Positions 53,580 through 64,000 of a stretch of DNA of 64,000 nucleotides are shown piece by piece. Each line of letters starts with the position of its first letter. Positions within the stretch are counted from its first letter, which is position 1. Below the pieces are notes generated by a model. It was not told the DNA's origin. It made no database searches and saw nothing but the letters and a program-made list of their open reading frames with translations. Origin of the DNA: Vicugna vicugna (lineage: Eukaryota); assembly GCA_013265495.1 (NCBI GenBank), contig MU058037.1:497498-561497 (forward strand), read 5' to 3'. The position numbers and the translations under genes are program-made.

Positions 53580-55365
53580 AGCATTAAAGCAGAAGTCATG
53601 ACACTTGGGTTTGTTGACCAAGCTCTGCAGGGGACTAAGCTGCCTGGGCCTGCCATTTAACTTCCCTAGAACTGTTTCCTTATCTGTCGCCTAAGGCAGC
53701 CAGATAATTGGCAAGGACCTTCCAACTTTTAACACTTTCAGTAAGTCATAAAATTACAAAAGGACTGGAATACCAAGTGTAGGTAATTAAGTGAGAGGCG
53801 GCATCTTCAGATCAGATTTCTCCTGCATGTATTATCTCTTCTTTCTCCTTGCCACCAGTGCCTACCTTCTCTAGATGGTAGTCTCCAACACATTTTCCCC
53901 TTTCTCATCTCCAACTAGATCCTGTCTACTCAAAATCTTAACCCTATCCCAGATTCTCTCTGAAAACCTGATTGCCAAATCTGTGACATTGCTTTTTGAT
54001 AATACAGCAGTCCTTAATCAGTAGTGACTATTTCCTCTTGCTTACAATGGAAAGAAAGAATAGGGATTTGGAGTCTCACAGAACTAACTTAGAATCCTAA
54101 TTTTATCATTTCTTTTTTGTATGTCCTTGAGCAAGTTAGATTTCCTCCTTGACCTTAGTTTCTACATCTAAAAAATAGAAGTAACACACCACATGAATCT
54201 AATGAATTTTGTTAGAATTGACTGCTAACACATAAATAAAGTGTCTGGCACTTGATGCTCAGAAAATGAGACAATCCTCTCATTCTTCTCTTGGTTTCTG
54301 AGCTGCACATGTTTGGTTATACCTCTGTTTGCTTCATCATTGAAGCAGTCATTGCTCTGGTTGACTAATGTACCTCATCTCTTAGCCGAAATGCGGATGT
54401 TCTGTGGGTACTGTTAGTGATCTTCCACTTGAAAATGTCTCTCCCAGAGTTTACATCCATTCTTACAGTCTCCTGTCGCATTCTACACCTCTACAAAACC
54501 AGGCCAGATACTCTACCAACCCCACATTTCCAAATACCTAATGGAAGCTCCATTTGGATGTCCAATCCCACTCTAAATCAGTATATCCCAACCTATGTAT
54601 TTCATCAGTCTTGCCACATTCCCCATACTACAGCAATTTCTTCTGTGACTTGACTTTGTCTTACTGTTATTACTATTAAACTTTCAATATTATTTGATTC
54701 ATTCTTTGGCCCCCAATCCATATCCCAATGAGCAGTCTCATACTTTTTGTTGTTTTTGTGGGTGGAATATATGATAGGAATGATCACAGCATTCATTTGT
54801 CTTCAAGCTCTAGACCCAACACTTATTAGCTGTGTAGTTGTATAATTGTATTATCCTTGGGAAAAATAAATGACTTGAGCATCAATTTTCTCATCTGTGA
54901 AAACTGAGTAATAAAAGCTATTTCATGGGCTTCTTGTTGGTGATGTGAATATTCTTTTTGAACTAATAAATGATTATAGATAAATGAATAGGTAGGTGGG
55001 TAGGTATATAATTTGCAGTGCTTCTTCCTGCCCCCATCATAGTTCTGATCCAATCAATTTGATGTCTCTATTTAACCTTTTGAAGCAGCCTCATACCCAG
55101 TCTCCTCGCCTCTACTTCTTTCTTTATCAATTATCTAAAATAACATTAACTTTCCCAACTTAATACAGTATTTTTGATAGTTCCTCATTGCCCATGAAAT
55201 GAATTCTAAACCTATTCTCCTAGTTGACTTTTGGGAAAACTGGTAAGGGAAGGAAAGTAATATTTATTAAACATATATTCTATCTGAGGCATCATGTAGG
55301 GTAGGCTTGGAGCCAAGATTCAAACTCCGGCTGCTTAACGCCAAAGCCCATAGATAGCACACTGC
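53580..55365. mobile_element. MIR and L2 fragments
   Basis: MIR cores near 53660, 54120 and 54880; L2-like pyrimidine-rich segments between them. Confidence 0.5.
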
Positions 55366-57585
55366 TTTCCAACAAAGTAAAGTTATAAAATATTTATAAT
55401 ATTATTACCCACTACTATAATGAGTTTCATTTGAACCAAACTTAAGAGTTTCTGAGTATTGAGAATAAAGTAGGTAGCCTACAAGTGTTCTTCTCTAATA
55501 TGGTTATTTGCTTGCAGATTACTGAGACAATCTCACAGAAATTTCATGGTTCAGAGAGTAACAGTATTTCAGCTTGACATGTGGAAGTGTCAATAACCTG
55601 AGGAAGCGAGAGGATTTAACTGTCAATCAGAAAACTAATTGTAGTGGACAATATTAGGTGACCTTCGCCTGTCTTTGTAAAATCAGTGACGCTTACCCCA
55701 AAATCTGTGTAATAAGTCTCTAAATAACTACTTTTCAATTTGAAATAGTACACAAACATTATTAAATTAAAATGAACGTTAAATTATGGGGTTGTTTGAA
55801 TTGCCTTTGTAGACTCTTTGGCAGTGTTGTTCTGGTCCTGCTGATTACTGGTTCTAGGCAGAGGCTTCTGTGAAGTCTGAAAACTGAAACAAGCCACCAA
55901 ATTGTGTATATTATTGTATTTGGTATTGAGCAGCTGCAAGAACAAAATTATATAAATGAAATGTGTATCCCAGCTTTTGTCCCCTAGGAAGGTGGCAAAC
56001 AAAGCTACTCCATGATCAAGTATCTATCAATTTGTGTTAATAGTATATTAGGTCCAAAATCTGTCAGATGTAAGGGAAAAGCTGAGAATGGCTTACCTGC
56101 AAGGTATGACCTGGTACCAAGTGGTCTCAAGATTCATTATGAAGTTACTTGACCACTGCTGTTTCAAAACTAAATAATTGTGAACTTTGTATTTATACAT
56201 TATTTAAGGAACCACCCTTCTCTAAAACATCAACATACACAGACACATAAATTCCACACTCATGGGGATATTGGTAGATTGTAGTGGGGGAATTGGAGTT
56301 CATTTAATTTCTTCAGAATCCAGTTCTTATGAAACTATCTTGTTTCCAGACAGACCTGGAAAGATCTAGAAAGTCCTTATGAATCAAACAATTCTCATTC
56401 CATTTCATTGTACATAAAATAAATAAACATTTCAGTTTATCATTTTTTTTCTCTATAAAAGTGAGATAATAGTTTGTAGAATGAGAGTGACTCTATCATC
56501 CAGTGTGATCATTTTACATGTAAGGAAACTGAGGGAGGTTTTACATGTAAGGATAATTGGCTGATAGGGTCATGTTGCTATTTAACAGTAGAACCAGACC
56601 CAGGATAGACTTTAAATTCACAGTCCATGTGCTCTTACAATGGTATTACTTTGCCTCTCCAGACAAGGTCCTTGCTTAGAGTCATAGCATTTTAAGAGTA
56701 CTAGACAGACCTACATCACACTTTCGAATGATATCAAAGTGGTATGTACTTGTTGATTCAATTGTTAGTAGTCAAAATGTAACTGGGATTAAAAATAAGC
56801 TTATACAATGTTCATGTCCATCATTTCAGTGCACGTGTAGTGTACATTTCCTAGCTGAGAAACCCGGGATATAAGATCTATCTTTTCTTTTTAGAGGGTT
56901 CTCAGGCAAAAACAATTCACCATAATCTACATTTTTAAAGCCTGGTATGGAGTACCTTTGCTACCACTTCCATGTCTCTGCTGAATTCAGGTTCTTCATT
57001 TACTCTCTGGAGTCACTGATCTCAAGCCTTGTCTCTCTGGAGAGGGAAAGCCTTGGTTGAAGGTTGAATGAATGAGCTCAGATTCAGGGTTTTAAGCCCT
57101 AGCCTTGGTCTCTGCAACCTGTGGTGTCCTCTACCATGGAGTGGTGCTCATGGAGGCATAACTTGAAATGGAGGACCCTGCAGTTTCAAGGGGAGGAAGA
57201 AGGCTTCCTGTTCAATTTGTAACTGCACTAGAGAGTAGAACCTCTTCTCTATGTCTCCCAACTCCTTTGTCATTCTTCCTATACTCTTTTTGTCTTTCTT
57301 GCTCTCAGTGTTTCTCTGTGTCTCCCTTTACATCTCTCTCTTCCTGAATGTCTCTCTTCAGGATGGGAATGGTAATTCTCTCATTTCCTGAGTTATTCCA
57401 AGGTCCTATCACCTGATCCCTGCCTGGCCATAAAAACCCCAAGGAATAGAAGTTCCTGAGACAGGCAAAATATCCTAGGATTTCCACATTATCAGTTCTT
57501 TTTTTTAAATTTCTTGGTTGAATCTACCTAGAATTTAGCTAGGCATGTAAAAGGCTGTCTGCAGTGGTATATGCAGTGTCTAGGG

Positions 57586-58046
57586 CTGTGCTGTCTAGTA
57601 CAGTAGCTACCAGTTACTTTTGGCTACTAAGCATGTGAAATGCGGCTGATGCCCTATGTTGAAATAAAAGTTTGGATATATTGAGTTAAAAATATTATTC
57701 AATAACTAATAATGTATATTATTAAAATAATTTCACCTATTTTTTACTTTTTAAATGTGGCTACTAGAAAAGATAAAAATATATATGTGGTTCATATTAT
57801 TTTTATTTTTATTATTTTAAAAATACATTGTTATCAACTATAGTCATGTTTTACCTTGGATCCTTATACCTTATTCATCTTATAGCTGAAAGTTCATAGC
57901 CTTTTACCAACCTCTCCCTATTTCCCCCTCCCACTAGCCCATGGAAACCACTTTTCCACTGTTTCTCTGAGTTTGACTTTTTCTATAGATTCCATGTATA
58001 AGTGATACCAATATTTGTTTTTCTTATATTTAGATTAGACAGTGCT
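57586..58046. mobile_element. MER33-like MITE interrupted by an L1MA-type 3'UTR fragment (~57810-58022)
   Basis: ctgtgctgtctagtacagtagctacc...ttttactttttaaatgtggctactagaaaa...ttagacagtgct. Confidence 0.65.
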
Positions 58047-58377
58047 AATCCACTTCTTACTGTAGGCTCATAAATTTGCAAGGGTATTTGTGGTTACTTA
58101 TATAGAATATAGCTACTGTGAAGCTGGGAATTTTTTCAAAGTATTTATTATGCTCTATTTTCCGAATTGAATCTTAATCCTTTCTTCAGCTGTGTCTAAT
58201 CCTCTGTTTAATCCTTGCATTGAATTTTTTTTAAACCTCAGTGACTATATTTGTTTGCAGATATTCTATAGTATTTTGTTCTTGGTTTATAAGTCTCTGC
58301 TCAAATATTACCTTATTAGTGAGACCTTCATTGATCACTTGATAAGAAAAGAAATAATACCTCTACAACCAGTATAC

Positions 58378-58418
58378 CACACGCGTGCGCGCGCGCACAC
58401 ACACACACACATACACGA
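58378..58418. repeat. Alternating purine-pyrimidine (CG)n(CA)n tract within an L2-like fragment
   Basis: cacacgcgtgcgcgcgcgcacacacacacacacatacacg. Confidence 0.85.
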
Positions 58419-58687
58419 GTCCTTCTTATCTGTGCTGCCCTGCTTTTTTATTTTTTCCTGCAGCACATGTCACCGTCTAGCATAATGCTTTCTTGTTAAT
58501 TACCTGTTTCTCCATGCCTCTTCCTCCTCTTCCATACACATTAGTACTTATGCCACATGAATACAGGGACTTTGTCTATTCAATGCACCACAGTTTTCTT
58601 AGTGTCTGGTACATAGTAGGTGCTCAGTGATTCAGAGTTGACTGAATGAGTCACATCACTCATTTTATACATACTTATTTCATGACC

Positions 58688-59135
58688 TGCATGTACTAAC
58701 CAATATGTTAGCCACTAACCACACGTGGCTATGGAGCGCTTGAAATGTGGCTAACCCAAATTAAGATGTGCTGCAGTGTAAAATCTACACTGAATTTCAA
58801 AGACTAGTATTTTAAAAGGATGTTAATTAAAGTTAACTAAAATAAAAGTGAAATAATATTAAACTATTGTTTAAAATAAAACACTTGTTTCTTTTACTTT
58901 TTTATTGAAGTATAGTCAATTTACAATGTTGTATTACTTTCTGGTATATAGCATTAGTAGCCAAGACATGAAGCAACCTAAATGTCCATTGATAGATGAT
59001 TGGATAAAGAAATTGAGGTGTATATATATACAATGGAATACAGTCTTTTACTTTTTTAATGTGAGATTTTAATTACATTTAAAATTATATAGGTGATTCA
59101 CACTTGTGGTTTTTATTACGTTTGTAATAGATCGG
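58688..59135. mobile_element. MER33-like MITE carrying a tiny inverted L1
   Basis: tagccactaaccacacgtggctatggagcgcttgaaatgtggcta...aagatgtgctg. Confidence 0.7.
58904..59043 (-). mobile_element. 140-bp L1 insertion with 5' inversion
   Basis: 3' tail 58904-58955 on minus and ORF2 end 58956-59043 on plus. Perfect TSD tcttttactttttt at 58890 and 59044. Confidence 0.85.
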
Positions 59136-60087
59136 GTGATTATAGACTCATAGCAGAAAAGTCTATAGGCTTTTTCCCAAATTACTGGAATGTTAATCCT
59201 CTTGTTTGTAGTATCGCTGGTCTTGCTATGTTTGTTGATTTCATCTATATTTTTTACTTTTTGTTGTTAGTCTGTCTTAAGGGGAGCTTGTTTTTGTAGG
59301 AGGAATTCCTTGTGGCCTAGGTTATGTCTCAAGAGAATTTGTTTGTTTCTGTTAGGCTTTCTAGGCTGTCCAGGGTGTCAAAAGCTCAGTACAAATGTCT
59401 ATGTTAATTTATTGGATTGCGGGGTCCTAGACTGTAAGTTTAGGGTTAGTAGACTCTACTTTCGTGGGGGTCTGTCATAGGATTTAATTTTCCTCTGAAT
59501 ATATATTATCATTACACTGCATAGGTGCGTGGAACATTTTTATTTCTCCTTCCCTAGGATTACCGTCTTTAGACTGTCTCAGTCTTCTCAGTTCCAGTGT
59601 CCTGCTGTAAGTGAGCAAAGCTCTTATCACTTGCACCTTTTTGTGCCTTATAATCAAGACCTTACTATTATTGGGCTAGTAACATGCCCAGGGCTGCAGC
59701 GAAGTCAGCGTGTAGTCCTGGAATTCTGGCTCTCAAGAGCCTGTCCAGTTTTGGTTCCTAGAGAGTTCACATTTTTTTTTGAAGTCAACTCATGTGTATA
59801 TTAAAAGGCATTAGGTTTCTCTAACATCACTAGGTTTTATAGGGAGAGAGTTTTTGCACCAGCCAAGTAAATCATTTTTTTCTGGAAATCTATCTTAATT
59901 TCTTTAACATTTTTCTGTCAGTAAATATTAGCTTGTTTTCAGTTATGCATTATATTAAAATGCTGCAATGAACATCCTTACCTGTGCATTTTTCCATGTA
60001 TGTCTGTCTCTTATGGAGAATTTTTCTCTTTATCTTTTATGGATAAACTCCTGGAAGTAAAATTGTTGAGAAAAAAGATATGAACAC

Positions 60088-61624
60088 AAGACAGTGTCTT
60101 ACAGAAAAATGAATAGGCACACAGATCAATGGAACAGAATAGAGTCCAGAAATTGACCCACAAAAGTACATCCAACTGCTTTTTTTGTCATTGACAAAAA
60201 AGCAATTTAGTAGAGGAAGGATGATCTTTTCAATAAATCATGCTGAGACAATTTGTCAGTAAATAAATCTGAATCTAAACTTTGTACCTTGCACCAAAAT
60301 TAACTCAAAATGGATCATAGATCTAAATGTATACTGTAAATCTATTAAATTTTTATAGGAAAACACAGGAGGAAATCTTTATGATTTGGGTTAGGTAGAA
60401 TTCTTAGACATGACACCAAAAGTACAACCCATAAGAGAAAAAATAACAAATTGGTCTTTAACAAAAGTTTTAAACTTTTGTTCTGTGAGAGAATCTATTA
60501 AGAGGATGAGAAGACAAGCCACTGACTCTAAGAAATATACAAGTCACGTATCCAACAGGACTTGTGTCCAGAAAATTCAGTAGTAAGATATCCCCATTAT
60601 AAAGAAGGCCAAAGAGTGGACCAGACACAAAACCAAATAGGATATACAGAGGGTAAATAGGCACATAAAACTATGTTCAACATCATTAGCCATTAGATAC
60701 ATGCAAATTAAAGCCACAATACCAGTATACATCTATTAGAATGACTGAAACAGAAAATAGTGGTTAACACCAAATGCTGTGAGGATGTGAACAAACTGGA
60801 TATATCATGCATTCCTGGTGGAAATGTAAAATGCTACAAGCCTCTGAAAACAGTTTGGTAGTTTTTTAATTAAGTTATACCATATACTTGCCATAGGACT
60901 CAGCAATCACAATTCTGGATGTTTATCCCACTGAATTGAAGACATATATCTGCACAAAAATCCATACACAAATGTTCATAGCAGCTTTATTTGTAATAGC
61001 CCCAAACTGGGAACAACTTAAATGCCCTTTGATGGGTAAATGGATAAAGAAACTTGTTCATCCATGTAATGGGAATACTGCTCAGCCATGGAGAGAAACC
61101 AATTATTGATGCCCACAAAAACTTGGATGGATCTCCAGGGCATTAGGCCGAGCGAGGGGAAAAAATCCAATCTCATTAGATTACATACTCCATGATTCCA
61201 TTTATATAACATTCTCAAAATGACAAAATTATAGTGATGAAAAATGTATTAGTGATTATCAAGGCTTAGAGTTGGAGGAGATAAAACTATAAATTGGATA
61301 TGATGACAGAGTTTTTTGTGGTGATAGAACACATCTGTGTCCTGACTGTAGTAGCTGTTACATAAATCTATACATGTGAACAAATTTCACATTACTGCAC
61401 ACCAAAACCACAGATGAGTTCATGTAAAAACGAAAGAAATTGAAATAATGCCTGTAGTTTAGTTAGTAGTATTGTACCAATGTCACTGTCTTGGTCTTGG
61501 TATTTTACTATGACTATGTAAGATGTTATCACTGGGGAAAGGCAGGTGAAGCCATCATAGGAATGCTCTACCATATTTGCTGCTTCTTGTGAGTCTTAAA
61601 TTATTTCAAGGTAAGAAGTTTTTT
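60088..61624 (+). mobile_element. L1MC/L1MD-type ORF2 end and 3'UTR
   Basis: atcaatggaacagaatagag...ttgtaccaatgtca...ttgtgagtcttaaattatttcaa. TSD aaaaagatatgaaca (60072) / aaaaagctatgaaca (61625). Confidence 0.8.
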
Positions 61625-61939
61625 AAAAAGCTATGAACATTCCTAAATTATTGATACACATTGTCAAATTAGCCTTCAAGAAGATCATGTTGATTTTCTC
61701 CCATTTTAATAGTATCCCCAATGGGTCTCTATCCATTAAGCCTACTTACATTCTTCACATACTTACCACTATCTGAAATCATGCTGTTAACTCTTTCATT
61801 TGATTACTGTCTATTTCTTTTTCATGAGGGTAAGTGTATTGTCTCATTCACCTTTCTGTTCTTAGTAACCCACAAAAGTACCTGGCATGAGATTGGTCAT
61901 AAATAAATATATTTTGAATGAATGAGTGAATGTAGGTAA

Positions 61940-63640
61940 AATACCTTAATTTATTTCAATATTAGTGAATTGAAATAATTTTATGTTAATTTATTGGCCA
62001 ATGTAGTTTTTCTTTTTGTTCATCGCCCACTAATGTTATTTGCCCCCTTTTTTCTGCTTAGTGGTATTTCTCTTCTTTATTTTAGAAATTACTTATATAT
62101 AAAACATGTCATCCTTTGTCGTTTTTCAAATATTTCCCTAGCATCCATTTGTTTCTTATTTCTGCTTGTTTTTTCTTGTAACTTAAAAACGAATATTGTG
62201 AAGTTAAATTTACTCTTTTAAAAACGGTTTCTCTCTTTTTATGCTGAGAAAGATTCCCTTGGACCTGGGATAATGCACTATTTTTATAGAAAATATAAGG
62301 TTCTGTTTAAAAACACAAATCACTCGTTCACCTATAATTTATTTTGGGGTTAAGCAGAGATTAGCTTTTCTCCAGTACTGCTCCTTCAGCATCATTTATT
62401 ACACTATGTTTTATTTCTTTTTTAGTTTAGTTTATATTAATATCATAACTTATTAAATATATATTTCCCCTAGAATTTTTACCCTTTTTGTTTGGTTGGT
62501 TTATTCCCATAATAGTACTACAGAGTTTTAACTGCCAGAACTTTTGAACACATTATGATATCTGATTAGGCAAGTACTACTTTAAAAATGTTTCTTGCTT
62601 ATTCTTACTTCTTTATTGGTCTCAGTGAACATCTTGTTAAGTTTCAGTTAGAAATCCCTGGCTTCTTAAATTTGATTTAGAGAATACTTTGGAGAGGGTT
62701 GACAACTTTAAAATATTTAGTCTTTCTTACCAACAACCTAGTGTGTCTCTCTTCAGTTTATTTAAGTGTTCTTTATGATCTTTAGTCAAGTTTTATAGTT
62801 TTCTGCCTATGGATCGTATGCATTTTTTATCTACTTTACTCCTAGGTACTTTATATTTTATTGTTAAGTCTGACGACAGTATATTTTACATTATACCTTC
62901 TAACTGGATTTTTCTGCCACGTTTGCAGTTTGTTTGTATATTTATTGTATAACTCACTCCCTCATCAGTATTTTAATAATTCAAATATTTTTCCATCAAT
63001 TTTTATTGTTGTAGTTATTGTAAGACAAGTAATATCATTTTCAGTCAATGGTACTGTTGCCTCTTCTTTTTCTATATTTATAACCTATTTATTTCTCTGG
63101 TCTTATAACTTGAGTAATGTTAAATAAAGGTGATGAGAATCATTGTATTTCTCACATTCCGGACTCTGGTGGGAAGGCACATATTGCTTTACCATTTAGC
63201 ATAAGAAGTATATATGATGTACTAATTTATAATAAATACATATAAATAAATATATAAATATATATAAGTGAGAAGTATATAAACCATCATGTTTATAAAC
63301 TGATGATCTTTTTCTCATTTAATGAGTAGGGATTTTTAAATTTTCAAAACATGAATGTAACTTTCATCTCACCAATTTCCATTTAAGCCTTCTATTGAAT
63401 AATCATTGTTATTCCATGACATAATGATATGATCCATAGCCTTTCTAATACTGAAACATTACATTATTATAAGAAAGTATATGATATGCAGTGGTGTTTT
63501 TTCAACATGTTGCTGGATTCGATTTACAAATACCTTCTTAGGATTTCTTCAGCTATATTAAATAGGCTATTAATTATTTTGTTCATGTTTGTCGGGTGTT
63601 CTATTAAGCTAATTTTTTTGCCCCCAAGAGTTGGTAAAAC
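61940..63640 (-). mobile_element. Very old degraded L1 ORF2 fragments
   Basis: ggagagggttgacaactttaaaatatttagtctt, tttactcctaggtactttat, tgttgctggattcgatttacaaat. Confidence 0.55.
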
Positions 63641-64000
63641 TTCCCCCTGACCTCCCTTTAGCAACTCGTCATCTTGCAAATTTAAGACTCTTCCCACTAC
63701 CTTACTTGCTTTCCTCCAAATGCATTCTAAATTGTCTGCTCTTTATACTCCAGTGACAGTGTTTGGAATTGCAGGGATGATAATGACAATCTGACCTAGA
63801 ACAGGACCATTGCTTACTGGCTTCTAGATTATATATCGCTACTGACAAAGTTGAAGATAATACCAGCTTTTCCTGGTAGCCACATAATGGTCGTGGCTCT
63901 TGTTAGTCTTATAATCATGTAAAGCCCTGATTCTTTCTTACAAACTTCTGCTTAGCCAGTTGAAAACCTGTCCAGGTGGTTTATTGAATCTGCTGACAGT

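Noticed and set aside
57000..57500. Possible ancient LTR
   Set aside because: Too degenerate to name or bound reliably.
1..64000. CRISPR arrays, tRNA/rRNA genes, prokaryotic systems
   Set aside because: No repeat-spacer arrays or RNA gene signatures seen; the sequence is mammalian repeat-rich DNA.

Overview
Repeat-dense, apparently non-coding mammalian DNA. I found no supportable host exon, RNA gene or CRISPR array. The ORFs I can assign are LINE-1 (L1) ORF2 debris; the rest look like chance ORFs. The young L1 3'UTRs look cetartiodactyl, and I saw no ruminant, pig, cetacean, carnivore or primate SINEs, so a camelid genome is my best inference. Contents are nested L1s of several ages (including the intact CpG-rich 5' end of a young L1 at the left edge), a young ERV1/MER41-like solo LTR, old MaLR/ERVL LTRs, hAT MITEs, MIR and L2. 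I do not see a convincing new biological system. The best leads are: a TSD-bounded L1 3' transduction with a 5' inversion; two L1 copies sharing the same ORF2-damaging lesions; a perfect 310-bp tandem duplication carrying a 24-nt non-L1 tag; an ancient local duplication dated by a MER53 insertion; a CTCF-like plus RFX motif pair; and an ORF0-like antisense ORF. Repeat family names come from recalled consensus sequences, not a search, and boundaries of old elements are approximate.
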